From positions 13,470 to 77,469 of the forward strand of contig CANJUR010000015.1 of NCBI GenBank assembly GCA_947477565.1: a stretch of DNA of 64,000 nt, given 5' to 3'. The notes beneath the pieces are model-generated. The model saw nothing but the letters and a program-made list of their open reading frames with translations. It did not search any database and was not told where the DNA came from. The DNA is from Deltaproteobacteria bacterium. GTDB lineage: Bacteria > Myxococcota_A > Polyangia > Polyangiales > Ga0077539. Made by a program: the position numbers and the translations under genes. Positions 1 through 13,916 of this stretch are shown here, one piece after another (position 1 is the first letter of the stretch; the number at the start of each line of letters is the position of its first letter).

Positions 1-621
1 CGGGACCAGACGAAGGCGCTCGAACGGGCCATGCAGACCTGCGACGCCACCCTCGAATCGCACGCCCGGGAGGCCCACCGGCGAGGCATCGAGGCGGGCT
101 TCCTGACGCTGTCGCGCTCGATTCTGGACGACGCTCGGCTGCGCGAGCGCACGCTCGAACTCGCCCGTGGACGCGGCCTCGGACAGGCGCTGGCGCAGGT
201 GGCGCGCGAGGCCACACGCTCGGCGCGCATCACCGATGTCCCGCTGCTCACCGAGCGGGCGATGGAGATGTCCGAGTTGTGCGACGCGCTGCGGATGCTG
301 CTCACGCAGGAGGCCGCGCCGGCGGTGCCGAAGGGGGCCGTGTGGGTCGGCGACACGGTGACGGTCTTCGAGCTTCTGCTGGCGGCGCGCACGCACCCCG
401 GGGCGCTGGTTCTTTCTGGCCCGGTGGGCGTCGGGCGGGTGCGCGCCCTCGTAGAACTCATCGGCGTACCGACGGTCTGCGAGGCGTCGGGAATCTACAA
501 CTGGGCGAGCGACGGCGACGTGGCCCTGGTGGACGGCGACCACGGGCTGGTGCGCGTCAACCCATCGCGGCGCGAGCGCGACGAGGCGCGCGTCGAACGC
601 AGCGAACCCGCCGAAGGCTGA
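1..621 (+). CDS. PEP-utilizing-enzyme-like protein, C-terminal part (5' end lies outside the window), with a degenerate swivel/mobile domain
   Basis: The frame is open from base 1 (RDQTKALERA precedes the listed Met at 31) and stops at 619-621. The tail GALVLSGPVGVGRVRALVELIGVPTVCEASG...DGDVALVDGDHGLVRVNP resembles by eye the enzyme I/PPDK swivel domain (GG.TSH.AI.AR.LGIP.V.G...DGD.V.VDG..G.V), but the TSH phospho-His triplet is replaced by VGR. Confidence 0.5.
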   Translation, partial: RDQTKALERAMQTCDATLESHAREAHRRGIEAGFLTLSRSILDDARLRERTLELARGRGLGQALAQVAREATRSARITDVPLLTERAMEMSELCDALRMLLTQEAAPAVPKGAVWVGDTVTVFELLLAARTHPGALVLSGPVGVGRVRALVELIGVPTVCEASGIYNWASDGDVALVDGDHGLVRVNPSRRERDEARVERSEPAEG

Positions 622-624
622 CCC

Positions 625-1368
625 TCAGCGCGACTCGTAGATCTTCATCGAAGGCAACTCGACGGCGGAGAGAAACCCTTTGCCTCCGCAGCCCGTGTCG
701 ATGGCCACGACCGCAGGGCCCGCCCAGACGTCCGTCGGATCATCGACGGTGTAGGTCGAGAGTGATTGCGGCAGGTCGAGGGTGCGCGTGTGGCCGACCA
801 CCACGCGCTTGCCCCGGTAGTCGCGAAAGAAAGCCTCGGTGCGCGTCCACAGCAGCGCCTCGGGCTTGAGCGCGTACCTCGGGTGCGGGTACTTCCCTTC
901 CTCGTCGATGGTCAGGCCCGCGTGCACGTAGATGGCGTGCTCGTCTTCGTACCAGTGCGGCAGCGTGCGAAACCACGCGAGGGTCTCCTCCGGGAAGAAG
1001 CGCCCGGTGAGCAGCGCGAGTAGCTCTTCCTTCGTGCGCGGCCCGCCGGCTTCGCCGCCCGTGTACGAGCGCATCGTCGCGAGGCACCCGTTGCCCGGCG
1101 GCATCACGAAGCCCGGCCAGCCCTCGTCAACCACCTTCAGCCAGGCGTCCTCGTGGTTGCCGCGCAGGCACACCACGTTGCAGCCCACATCGCGGTCGAG
1201 CCCGCGCACCACCTCCACGACCTCCCGCGACCGCAGACCGCGGTCCACGTAGTCGCCCATGAACACCACGGTGTCGCTCCGCCCCACATCGGGCAGACGC
1301 GAGAGGAGCGTCCGGAGATGGTCGAGTTCGCCGTGGATGTCCCCGATTGCAAACGTCCGTCCTGCCAT
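625..1368 (-). CDS. Metallophosphoesterase, ApaH/PPP-type Ser/Thr phosphatase family
   Basis: Motifs GDIHG, GDYVDRG and LRGNHE are present. The start was moved to the ATG at 1368 (MAGRTFAIGDIHG); the upstream part of ORF 625..1527 is Arg/Cys-rich and overlaps the divergent gene. Confidence 0.85.
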   Translation of the reverse strand: MAGRTFAIGDIHGELDHLRTLLSRLPDVGRSDTVVFMGDYVDRGLRSREVVEVVRGLDRDVGCNVVCLRGNHEDAWLKVVDEGWPGFVMPPGNGCLATMRSYTGGEAGGPRTKEELLALLTGRFFPEETLAWFRTLPHWYEDEHAIYVHAGLTIDEEGKYPHPRYALKPEALLWTRTEAFFRDYRGKRVVVGHTRTLDLPQSLSTYTVDDPTDVWAGPAVVAIDTGCGGKGFLSAVELPSMKIYESR

Positions 1369-1435
1369 CACCGGGACACTACACCGGCATCGCACCGTTG
1401 ACGCACCCCGCCCCTTGCCTGTTACGAACACCCCC

Positions 1436-2110
1436 ATGACTGAGCCATTCGCCTTCTCCGCCCTCGACCGCCACGTGCACGGTGCGCTCGCTCTGCCCTC
1501 CGGCGCTGCCCCCGTCGGCGCCGTCATTCTCGTTCACGAGTGGTACGGCCTCAACGACGACCTGAAGCGCCTCGCCAGGCGCTTCGCCGACGCAGGGTTT
1601 CTCGCGCTCGCGGTAGACCTCTACGACGGACGCGTCGCGGCCGACGTGCCCGAAGCGATGCAACTCTCCAACGCGCTGCAGACCTCCGACGCGGTGGCGA
1701 TCATCGCGGCGGCGGCGGCGGCCCTGCGTGCGCACCCGCGCTCCAACGGCAAGGTCGCCGTGACGGGCTTCTGCCTCGGCGGCGGCATGGCCATCGCGGC
1801 GGCGTGCGGTGCCCCTGGCCTCGTGGCGGCGGTGCCCTTCTACGGCATCCCGAAGGCTGAATTCATGGACTGGTCGCACTGCACGATCCCGCTCCTGGCG
1901 CACTTCGGCGCGAAGGACGCGTACATCCCGACCGCGGGTCCGCAGTCCGTGGCCGACGCAGCGCTCGCCGCCGGGCGCAGCTTCGAACTGCACTTCTACG
2001 ACGCGGGCCACGCCTTCATGCGAGAGGGCGACCCGGCCATGTACGACGCGCCCTCCGCGGCGCTGGCGTGGGAGCGCACCGTCGCGTTCTTGCGACAGCA
2101 CGCCGGCTGA
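1436..2110 (+). CDS. Dienelactone hydrolase family protein
   Basis: Contains VILVHEWYGLND and the nucleophile elbow GFCLGG, with a C-terminal YDAGHAF. Start is the ATG at 1436 (MTEPFAF). Confidence 0.85.
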   Translation: MTEPFAFSALDRHVHGALALPSGAAPVGAVILVHEWYGLNDDLKRLARRFADAGFLALAVDLYDGRVAADVPEAMQLSNALQTSDAVAIIAAAAAALRAHPRSNGKVAVTGFCLGGGMAIAAACGAPGLVAAVPFYGIPKAEFMDWSHCTIPLLAHFGAKDAYIPTAGPQSVADAALAAGRSFELHFYDAGHAFMREGDPAMYDAPSAALAWERTVAFLRQHAG

Positions 2111-2116
2111 GCAGCA

Positions 2117-3757
2117 TCACCCCACGACGTCGAGCTTCGGCCCGCCGGTCATTCCCGCGAAGAAATCGTGGCCCTTGTCATCGACCACGATGAACGCCGG
2201 GAAATCCACCACGTCGATCTTCCACACGGCCTCCATCCCGAGCTCTGGATACTCCAGCACCTCGACCTTCTTGATGCAGTCCAGCGCCAGCCGCGCGGCC
2301 GGTCCGCCGATGGACCCGAGGTAGAACCCGCCGTGCCTCTTGCACGCCGCGGTCACCGCCGACGACCGGTTGCCCTTGGCGAGCATCACCAGGCTGCCGC
2401 CCGCCGCCTGCAGCGCCTCGACGTACGAGTCCATGCGCCCCGCCGTGGTCGGACCAAACGACCCCGAAGCGTACCCCGCCGGCGTCTTCGCGGGCCCGGC
2501 GTAGTACACGGCATACTGCTTCAGGTAATCGGGGAGACCCTCCCCGCGGTCGAGGCGCTCCTTGAACTTCGCGTGCACGATGTCCCTCGCCACGATGAGT
2601 GTTCCGGTGAGCGACAGCCGGGTCTTGATCGGGTGCCGCGACAGCTCCGCGCGCACTTCCGACATCGGGCGATTGAGGTCGATGTTGACCACGGCGCCGC
2701 CGAGGTCTTGCGGGGTGGGGAGCGGGAGGTAGTGCGCCGGGTCGTGTTCGAGCTGCTCGAGAAAGATACCCTCGCGAGTAATCTTCCCGAGCGCCTGTCG
2801 ATCGGCCGAGCACGACACCGCGATGGCCACCGGGCACGACGCCCCGTGCCGCGGCAGCCGGATCACCCGCACGTCATGGCAGAAGTACTTCCCTCCGAAC
2901 TGCGCGCCGATGCCGATGCGCTGGGTCATCGCGAGCACGTCGGCTTCGAGCGCCCGATCGCGAAACGCGCGCCCGAGCTTGTTGCCGTCCGGGGGTAGCT
3001 CATCGAGGTAGCGCGCGGAGGCCAGCTTGGCGGTCTTGAGGGCGTACTCCGCGGAGGTTCCGCCGATGACGATGGCGAGGTGATACGGCGGGCACGCGGC
3101 GGTGCCGAGCGAGCGCACCTTCGACTCGAGAAACGCCATCATGCTCTGCGGATTGAGCAGTCCTTTGGTCTCTTGATAGAGGTAGCTCTTGTTGGCCGAC
3201 CCGCCGCCTTTGGCCATGAACAGAAAGCGATACTCATCGCCCCTGGTGGCATAGAGCTCAATCTGCGCCGGCAGGTTATTGCCGGTGTTGACCTCCTGGT
3301 ACATGTCCAACGGGGCGAGCTGCGAGTAGCGCAGGTTGGTTGTGAGGTAGGTGTCAAACACCCCGCGCGCCAGGCTCTCTTCGTCGTCGCCGACCGTGAG
3401 CACGTCCTGGCCGCGCTTGCCCACGATGATGGCGGTGCCGGTGTCCTGGCACATCGGGAGAATGCCCCCGGCGGAGATGTTGGCGTTTTTGAGCAGGTCG
3501 AGCGCGACGAAGCGGTCGTTGTCCGACGACTCCGGATCGTCGAGAATCTTTCGCAATTGCGCGAGGTGCCCGGGCCGCAGGTGGTGGGCGATGTCGCGCA
3601 TGGCCTCGCGAGCGAGGAGGGTCAGCCCGGCGGCCTCGACGGTGACAAACGAGCGACCCGCGGCCTCCACGGTGGAGACGTGATCGGTGGTGATCAACCG
3701 ATACGCGGTGTCGTGCGGATGAACGTCCAGGAGAGGTTGGAATTCGAAGGTCGTCAT
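2117..3757 (-). CDS. fumA: Class I (Fe-S) fumarate hydratase, single-chain type
   Basis: Near-colinear similarity by eye to E. coli FumA: [102 protein letters not shown]. Start is the ATG at 3757 (MTTFEF). Confidence 0.9.
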   Translation of the reverse strand: MTTFEFQPLLDVHPHDTAYRLITTDHVSTVEAAGRSFVTVEAAGLTLLAREAMRDIAHHLRPGHLAQLRKILDDPESSDNDRFVALDLLKNANISAGGILPMCQDTGTAIIVGKRGQDVLTVGDDEESLARGVFDTYLTTNLRYSQLAPLDMYQEVNTGNNLPAQIELYATRGDEYRFLFMAKGGGSANKSYLYQETKGLLNPQSMMAFLESKVRSLGTAACPPYHLAIVIGGTSAEYALKTAKLASARYLDELPPDGNKLGRAFRDRALEADVLAMTQRIGIGAQFGGKYFCHDVRVIRLPRHGASCPVAIAVSCSADRQALGKITREGIFLEQLEHDPAHYLPLPTPQDLGGAVVNIDLNRPMSEVRAELSRHPIKTRLSLTGTLIVARDIVHAKFKERLDRGEGLPDYLKQYAVYYAGPAKTPAGYASGSFGPTTAGRMDSYVEALQAAGGSLVMLAKGNRSSAVTAACKRHGGFYLGSIGGPAARLALDCIKKVEVLEYPELGMEAVWKIDVVDFPAFIVVDDKGHDFFAGMTGGPKLDVVG

Positions 3758-3791
3758 GGCGTCGGCATAGAGCCCAACACGCCGCGACCGG

Positions 3792-6635
3792 TCAAGCGCG
3801 CGGGATTGATCGCCGGCGCCGCGTTGCCATCCAGATTCCGAGCGCGCCGAGGCCTGCCCAGCCGTGTGTTTCGCCCGCACGACCGGGCACTGCGCACCCG
3901 CAATCGCCTCCCGTCGTGCGCGGCGCAAACGGGTCGGGCCCGGTGTCCATGGCCGCTGCGTCCGCGGTCACGGCGGCGTCCATTGCGAGCGTCCCTGCAT
4001 CGATGGTCGGCAGCGGCAGCGGGACGGTTCCGGGCGGCGGCGTCTGCGCGACCGGCAGCGCGCGTCGGTCGAAGTCGAAGCGCTCCGGCTCGCTCAGCGC
4101 CATCGTGGTCAGATAGAACAGCGTCGCCTCCCAGAGGTGCGGAATGGACACGCGGTTCTCCCGCCCGATCACGCCGCCGTCCGCGTCGCGCAGGGTAATA
4201 AACACCTCGCCCATCACCTGTGTGTCCGCGGTGATGATGTCTCGCGCCATGCGCACGAGAGCCTCCTCCACGAGCGGCCGCACCGTCGGATCGCCCCCGC
4301 GCGCCACGAACACCGCCGCTGCCAGCATGGTCTTCGTGAGGTAGGCGCCGCCTTCGGTGCCTGCGTCGCCGCGCAGCACGGCGAGCACACGCTCCATGTC
4401 GCTGCGCACCTGCCGCACCACCCGCGAATCGGTCACAGGAAACATCGCCGCGGGCCACACCATCCACGCCGTCGCACCGAGGGAGGACGATCCCGGGTTG
4501 CTCGCCGCGGCGCCGCTCACGTCGTTGACGAAGCGCTGCGTGGTCGGGTCGTAGAAGCGCCGCACGAGGGCGTCGCGAAGCTCCGAGGCACGGCGCTCCC
4601 AGCGCGCGGCGACGGCGGTTTCTCCCATCAAACGCGCGACTCGGGCGGCCGCTTCGAGGGAGGCAAACACGGTGGTTCCGCCGTGGAGGGTGGAGGAAAA
4701 GACGGCGTTGTCGTCCTCATTGGCGAGTGCGGCGAGCCCGGTTTCGGCGTCACGCCAGTCGGCGAGAAGGTCGGCGCTGCGTCGGATGCGCGGCCACCAG
4801 CGCGCGGTGGTGGTCATCCGCTCTTCATTGGACAAAAACGCCAGGTGCGTAGAGGCCGACCACACCATGAGTGCGGTGTTGTCGATCTCGAAGCGGAAGA
4901 ATCCGCCCATCGCACCGGTGTTGTAATAGTTCATCTCCCAGGCGGCTTCGGGGTATTGCCGGGTGCCGGTGCGCGGGTCGATGGGCGGGCGCGGGTCTGT
5001 GAGCGGGTTGATTTCCGACTGCCCGATGGCGGTTTCGCGCGCGAGGGGGAGTGCCCAGTCGAGGCGTCGGGTGGCGTTGCCGGAGAGCCCGCCGACATCG
5101 AAGGCATCATCGAAGAAGGCCCCGTCGCGAGGCCAGTCGAGGCCATACGGCGCCTGCCGGGCGATGGAGGCGACGACCATCCCGGTGGTCGCGTCGGTGC
5201 CATTGAGCACATGAAGCATCGCTCGCCGCGCGGACCGCAGGATGCGGCTACGATCCTCCGCGGGGATGCTCTCGGGCAGGTGCTCAGGCACCGCGAGTGC
5301 GCCCGCCCGGCGAACCCACTCCGCGCGGTCGCGCCCGATGAGATCGTCGGGGGTCATGGAGTGGGCGACGCCGTAGCCTGCGCGCGCTTCTGCGGCGGTG
5401 GTGCCGAAGGCGATGAGCAGGCGGGCCTCGCCGGTCATACCTGTGATGGTAAACGGCACCCGCATGGCGCTGTCGTTGAGGTACGCGGCGACGGGGTTGC
5501 CCGCGAGCGTGTTGGTGTTGGCGAGGGACCACGCGGAGGGGGTGCTTCGGGTCCAGGCGCGGGCGACGGCGACGCGGGAGGGGCGCACCGCGTCGGGGCA
5601 GCGAAACCCGGTGGCGAGTCCCGGATCGATGGGCAGCGTGATGCCGGAGGTGCGAAGCGCGAGGACGTTATCGACCAGGCGACCGAGTTCATCGCAGAAG
5701 TCATCGCCTTCGCGACCGGCCTGGAAGGCATCGGCGCGGGGCTCGCTGCCGACGACGGCGTAGACGCCGCGGGCGAAGGTGGTGTCGAGCGACGCTGCGA
5801 GGGCATCGGCGTCGGTGGTGATGTCTCCATCGCGGCGCAGGAGGGCGTCGAGGGGGCCGAAGTGGTCCGCGGGGAGCACCGGCGCGCCGACGAGGGAGGG
5901 GATGTCCATGATGGGCGCGCGGTCCGTCGGGCGGAAGTGAACGAACGCCCCAAGGGTGCTGTCGTGCACGACTCCGAAGTCATTGCGGCTGTCCGCGAGG
6001 ACGTCGCCGAAGGGGAGTCTCGGGATGATGTTTTGCGTGAGCCCGAGGTTGGTGTGCGCCATGAGGGCGACGCTGCGAATGGCCATCCCCGCGGCGTCGC
6101 TGGTGCGTGCGAAGCGCACGCGTCGTTGCAGTACGTCCGGGGAGGGGAGCACCGCGTCGTCGAGGGTGACGGTGAGTCCGCCGTCGATGCGGGTGTACGT
6201 CACGCGCGGCTGGAGCGAAGCCTCGTCGGCGTAGCCCGCCACCGGACGCCAGCGGGCGGGGTCGTGGAGCCACTCGACGCGGGTTCCGGCCGTGGTCTCC
6301 ACGACGAGGCCGAGGGCGACGCCGAAGCCCTCGTGGACGCCAGTGCGCGGGCGCGTGCGGGCATCGACATCATTGGAGGAGAGGTGGGTGAGTTGATCGC
6401 AGCACGAGGGCGACGGCCAGGTGAGTACGGCGAGGTCGCCGTCGCGGGTGACTCCCGCGGTGAGCCGACCGTGGCCCGCGACCATGTGCACGGGCGACGC
6501 GCCGAGGGCGTGCTCGACGGCGCTGAGCGCGACGGGGCGGGGCTGGGCGGAGGCGACGGTATTGGCGAGGAGAAGCGCGAGGACGGGTGCGGTGCGGGCG
6601 CGGTGGATCATCGGGGATGGCGGGGGGAATATCAC
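3792..6635 (-). CDS. Secreted GH15-like (glucoamylase/glucodextranase superfamily) glycoside hydrolase with a MYXO-CTERM-type sorting tail
   Basis: N-terminal signal peptide ([15 protein letters not shown]). GH15-like WPRDGAFF motif and [11 protein letters not shown] near the barrel end. C-terminus is [35 protein letters not shown] (Cys motif, hydrophobic helix, Arg cluster). An alternative start at 6611 (MIHRART) is possible. Confidence 0.7.
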   Translation of the reverse strand: MIFPPPSPMIHRARTAPVLALLLANTVASAQPRPVALSAVEHALGASPVHMVAGHGRLTAGVTRDGDLAVLTWPSPSCCDQLTHLSSNDVDARTRPRTGVHEGFGVALGLVVETTAGTRVEWLHDPARWRPVAGYADEASLQPRVTYTRIDGGLTVTLDDAVLPSPDVLQRRVRFARTSDAAGMAIRSVALMAHTNLGLTQNIIPRLPFGDVLADSRNDFGVVHDSTLGAFVHFRPTDRAPIMDIPSLVGAPVLPADHFGPLDALLRRDGDITTDADALAASLDTTFARGVYAVVGSEPRADAFQAGREGDDFCDELGRLVDNVLALRTSGITLPIDPGLATGFRCPDAVRPSRVAVARAWTRSTPSAWSLANTNTLAGNPVAAYLNDSAMRVPFTITGMTGEARLLIAFGTTAAEARAGYGVAHSMTPDDLIGRDRAEWVRRAGALAVPEHLPESIPAEDRSRILRSARRAMLHVLNGTDATTGMVVASIARQAPYGLDWPRDGAFFDDAFDVGGLSGNATRRLDWALPLARETAIGQSEINPLTDPRPPIDPRTGTRQYPEAAWEMNYYNTGAMGGFFRFEIDNTALMVWSASTHLAFLSNEERMTTTARWWPRIRRSADLLADWRDAETGLAALANEDDNAVFSSTLHGGTTVFASLEAAARVARLMGETAVAARWERRASELRDALVRRFYDPTTQRFVNDVSGAAASNPGSSSLGATAWMVWPAAMFPVTDSRVVRQVRSDMERVLAVLRGDAGTEGGAYLTKTMLAAAVFVARGGDPTVRPLVEEALVRMARDIITADTQVMGEVFITLRDADGGVIGRENRVSIPHLWEATLFYLTTMALSEPERFDFDRRALPVAQTPPPGTVPLPLPTIDAGTLAMDAAVTADAAAMDTGPDPFAPRTTGGDCGCAVPGRAGETHGWAGLGALGIWMATRRRRSIPRA

Positions 6636-6677
6636 GGAGGGGCGGCCCGCCGAGGCCCTCGGGAGGGGTGAGGTGTC

Positions 6678-7808
6678 CTATCCCGCGGCGGCTTCGTCGT
6701 ATCCGACCATGCGCCCCTTGGCGGGGTCCCAGAGCTTGAGGGCGAAGTTCGCGCGAATGTCCTTCAGATGGAGCGAGGTGCGCCCGGGGTTCTGCAGTTC
6801 GGGAATGCCCGCCATCGCCTCGGGCAGCCGATAGAACGGAATCTGCGAGTTGAGGTGATGAACGTGGTGATAACCGATGTTGCCAGTGAGCCAATGCATC
6901 ACCGGCGGCATATCGAAGAAGCTCGACGACTCGAGGGCGGCGCGGGTGTAGCTCCAGCTTTCCCGCGGCTGCACGTGCACTTCCGGGAAGTTGTGCTGTG
7001 CATAGAAGAGATACGCGCCATACGCACAGGCGAGGGCCACGCACCCGATGACGCCAGTGAAGGCCGCGCTCACGCCGAAGAAATGAACCGACAGTGCGAT
7101 GAGCGCGAAGTGCAGTCCCAGCGCCAGCAGCGCGTCCCAGTGCTTCTTTTGCGACTTGATAAACGGCCCCACGCACATTCCCCACAGAAACACCGTGAAG
7201 TAGCCAAAGAGTACGTTGAACGGCGAGCGCAGGAGCCGGTACATCTGCTGCTGCGCCGGCGTCGCCTTCGCGTACATCGCTGGAGTGAGCATCATGTACG
7301 AGCCGATATGCGATCCCACCAGCTTCGCGGTGTGCGCGTGGTGGTAGTTGTGCGACTCTTTCCAGACGCTCGGCGGTGTGAGAATCCACAGTCCAAACAG
7401 CGAGACGATGGGGCGACAGACCCGCGCCCAGAGCGCGCTGCCACGGCACATCGCGGTGTGCATCACGTCATGGAAGAGAATAAACGACCGCACCGCCACG
7501 AGCGAAGTGAGCAGCGTAAACGGGAGCCGCGCGTACCACGCGATCGGTAGCGCCGTGGCGAGCGCGAAGCACACCGCCCAGGCGGTCAGGGTGCTCGCGA
7601 CGTGCCAGATGGAGCTGCCGGGGTTCTCCACGGCGAAGGGACGGGAGGCGTCGATGAGCACCTTGCCCTCCCGCGCGACGGGCTTCTCGACAATGATGTC
7701 CGATGAAATCTGGGTAGGGAGAGCGGAATCCATGGTTGATATGGCGGTCATATAGCGCCGAACTTCGCGAGGGAAAAGAACCCCATTCGATATCCCGACA
7801 TCGCGCAA
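6678..7808 (-). CDS. Membrane fatty acid desaturase
   Basis: Three His boxes (HDVMH, HNYHHAH, HHVHH) and several hydrophobic helices. The true start may be an internal Met (7751 or 7733). Confidence 0.85.
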   Translation of the reverse strand: MRDVGISNGVLFPREVRRYMTAISTMDSALPTQISSDIIVEKPVAREGKVLIDASRPFAVENPGSSIWHVASTLTAWAVCFALATALPIAWYARLPFTLLTSLVAVRSFILFHDVMHTAMCRGSALWARVCRPIVSLFGLWILTPPSVWKESHNYHHAHTAKLVGSHIGSYMMLTPAMYAKATPAQQQMYRLLRSPFNVLFGYFTVFLWGMCVGPFIKSQKKHWDALLALGLHFALIALSVHFFGVSAAFTGVIGCVALACAYGAYLFYAQHNFPEVHVQPRESWSYTRAALESSSFFDMPPVMHWLTGNIGYHHVHHLNSQIPFYRLPEAMAGIPELQNPGRTSLHLKDIRANFALKLWDPAKGRMVGYDEAAAG

Positions 7809-7832
7809 TCAATGCGCCACCCGCGAAGGCTG

Positions 7833-8696
7833 CTACGCACCCCGATGACCGCGAGTTACGTCGAGCGTCATGCCCTCGCGCGCGGCCACGGAGCGCTCGA
7901 ATACCTGCTGCGCGCGGCGTTCTTTCGCGACCACGGCGGCGTCATCCTGGTGCGGATCATGGTGGAAGAGCACGTACGTCCCGACCCGCGCGGCCTGCGC
8001 GAGGCGCGCGCCGTCCATCATGGTGCTGTGTCCCCATCCCCGGCGGGAGCCCCGCCCGTCGCCGCCGTCGAGTTGCTCGGGCGTAAACTGCGCGTCGTAG
8101 ATGAACACATCGGCGCCGCGCGCCAGATCGATGATGGCCTCATCGTGGAGCGATGAGCTCTCTGTGTCCGTCGCATAGACCACCGAGTGGCCCTTCCACT
8201 CGACGCGCCACGCAAACACCCCATCGGGGTGATTGCCCTCGATGCCGTACACCACCACCCCGTCGCCCACGGTGACCCGCTGACGCTGCTCGAGGTCATG
8301 GAAGGTGAGCGCCGCCTCGATCTCCTGGAGGTGCACTGGGAAGTACGGGTCGGCCATCTGGCCGCCGAGGGCGTCACGAACCGTGCGCCCCGCGCGCTTG
8401 CCGGCGTGAAGAACGAAGCTGCTCTTCGGGTTGAACGCGGGAGCGAAGAAAGGGACGCCCTGGATGTGATCCCAGTGGACGTGGGAGAAGAAGACGTGGG
8501 CGCTGATGGGGCCGTCGTGGCGGAGGGTCTCGCCGAGCTCCCGGAGCCCGGTGCCGCCGTCGAGGATGATGCGATCATCGCCCGCGAGCACTTCGACGCA
8601 GCTGGTGTTGCCACCCACAAGAACCGTGCGCGGACCCGGAGTAGCTATACTACCCCGGACCCCCCAGAAGGTGACGTCGAAGCCATCGTGGCGCAC
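7833..8696 (-). CDS. MBL-fold metallo-hydrolase
   Basis: Contains the HVHWDH (HxHxDH) motif. The N-terminal FWGVRGS...GGNTSCVEV is typical of the Lactamase_B_2 type. Confidence 0.8.
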   Translation of the reverse strand: MRHDGFDVTFWGVRGSIATPGPRTVLVGGNTSCVEVLAGDDRIILDGGTGLRELGETLRHDGPISAHVFFSHVHWDHIQGVPFFAPAFNPKSSFVLHAGKRAGRTVRDALGGQMADPYFPVHLQEIEAALTFHDLEQRQRVTVGDGVVVYGIEGNHPDGVFAWRVEWKGHSVVYATDTESSSLHDEAIIDLARGADVFIYDAQFTPEQLDGGDGRGSRRGWGHSTMMDGARLAQAARVGTYVLFHHDPHQDDAAVVAKERRAQQVFERSVAAREGMTLDVTRGHRGA

Positions 8697-8744
8697 TGTA
8701 CCGAGGGTTCTAGCCCTCCACGGCGCGCACGGTCAACGAACGAT

Positions 8745-8978
8745 CTACGCCTGCGAGGCGGACTTAACGCGGCGGATAAACGCGCTCATCGTCTCGTCCA
8801 TGTGCGGCGTCGGGAGCGCGCGCTGATCTTCCACGCCGAGGCGGTTGGCGGCGCCGGCGAGGTAACCGCAACGGAGCGCGGAGCGACGGCTCATGGCCTT
8901 CACCGGGCGCTTGTTTAGCGTCGTCGTGACGAACACCCAGGCGGACTTGTCGGCGGTACGGAACTTCGGCTTCTGCAT
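8745..8978 (-). CDS. Small hypothetical protein (77 aa)
   Basis: Hand translation shows high GC3. AAAAGG lies 7 nt upstream of the ATG, and a TTGACA-N18-TACCTA promoter-like pair lies further upstream on the minus strand. I recognised no family. Confidence 0.5.
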   Translation of the reverse strand: MQKPKFRTADKSAWVFVTTTLNKRPVKAMSRRSALRCGYLAGAANRLGVEDQRALPTPHMDETMSAFIRRVKSASQA

Positions 8979-9096
8979 GACAAACCTTTTGCGAATCGAG
9001 GGAGGGCGGTAGGTACCCGAACCCCCGCGCCCCTGTCAAATGGCTGCGCGGTGAGATTGGGGTGTTCTGGTGAGGTGAAAGAAGCAGCGTTTGAGG

Positions 9097-12763
<3,667 letters not shown>

Positions 12764-12782
12764 GACGAAGCGAGAGGTTACT

Positions 12783-13916
12783 TCAGATGCGCATCGGCAT
12801 GATGACGCCCAGATAGTCGTCACGACCCACGGGCTTGATCATCCCGGGGTCGAGCTCGCCGGACAGCTCGAGCGCGACCTCCTCGGAGGTGAGCGCGCTC
12901 AGCGCGTCGGTGAGGTACTTGCTGTTGAACCCGATGGTGACGTCCGGGCCCTGGAGCGAGGCGTCGATCTCGTCGCTGCCCGCGCCGATTTCTGGGTTTT
13001 CGCTCGTGATCAGCATGCGCGACGAGTTGACCTGCAGCTTCACGCCGCTGGTGCGGTCGGAGGCCACGAGGGACACCGCGCGCAGGGCGTCGAGGAGGGC
13101 GGTGCGCGAGGCCGTCACGGTGCGGTCCGTGGCCGACGGAATGACCTGCTCGTACGAGGGGAAGGCCGCGTCGACGAGCTTCGACGAGAGGGTCATCCCG
13201 TCGCGCTGAAAGAACACCGGACCCTGCGAACTCGCAGCGCCGATGCCGACGGTGAGCGGCCCGGAGGTGGCGTCTTTCTTCTCCGCGCGTAGCTCATCGA
13301 CCATGCGCTTGAGTTCGTGCACGGCCTTCGCGGGGATGAGCAGCTTGCTCTGGGCGTTCATGCCGCTGATCTTGCGTTCGGCCTTGGAAAGCCGGTGGCC
13401 GTCGGTGGTCACCACGCGAAGCACCTCGCCGGCCATCTCGAAGAGGGCGGCGGAGAGGTGCGGGCGGGTGTCGTCCGGGGACATGGAAAATTGCGTGAGC
13501 GCGATGAGTTCGGCGACGTCGTCGGCGGGGATGAGCGTGAGGGTCACCTTGCTCGGGTCGGGCAGGGTGGGGAAGTCTTCGCCGGGCATTCCGCTAAGGT
13601 CGAAGCGGCGCTTGCCGGACTTGATGCGCGCGGAAAAATTCTTCTCCACGGTGACCGTGACGTCACCGTCCGGGAGCACCTTCACGACGTCGAACACGTG
13701 CCGCGCCGGGAGGGCCACGGTGCCGCCCTTGCGAACGTCGGCCTTGCAGTGGGCTGTCACCGCGAGCGTCAGGTCGGTGGCCGCGAGGCGCACACCGGAC
13801 GCGTCGGCCACGATCAGCACGTTGGTCAGGATGGGCATCGCCGACTTCTTGTCGGCCACGCTCTGCACCCGGCTCAGCGCCCGTACGAACTCCCGCTTGT
13901 TGACCACGAACTCCAT
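12783..13916 (-). CDS. dnaN: DNA polymerase III beta sliding clamp
   Basis: The N-terminus MEFVVNKREFVRALSRVQSVADKKSAMPILTNVLI, the length (377 aa) and the position between dnaA and recF all fit. Confidence 0.95.
   Translation of the reverse strand: MEFVVNKREFVRALSRVQSVADKKSAMPILTNVLIVADASGVRLAATDLTLAVTAHCKADVRKGGTVALPARHVFDVVKVLPDGDVTVTVEKNFSARIKSGKRRFDLSGMPGEDFPTLPDPSKVTLTLIPADDVAELIALTQFSMSPDDTRPHLSAALFEMAGEVLRVVTTDGHRLSKAERKISGMNAQSKLLIPAKAVHELKRMVDELRAEKKDATSGPLTVGIGAASSQGPVFFQRDGMTLSSKLVDAAFPSYEQVIPSATDRTVTASRTALLDALRAVSLVASDRTSGVKLQVNSSRMLITSENPEIGAGSDEIDASLQGPDVTIGFNSKYLTDALSALTSEEVALELSGELDPGMIKPVGRDDYLGVIMPMRI

Noticed and set aside
3864-6671. 935-aa ORF on the plus strand, antisense to the GH15-like gene.
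   Set aside because: It has an Arg/Gly/His-rich low-complexity translation with no motifs. This is a typical shadow ORF of a GC-rich gene; the minus-strand frame carries the real signal peptide and catalytic motifs.
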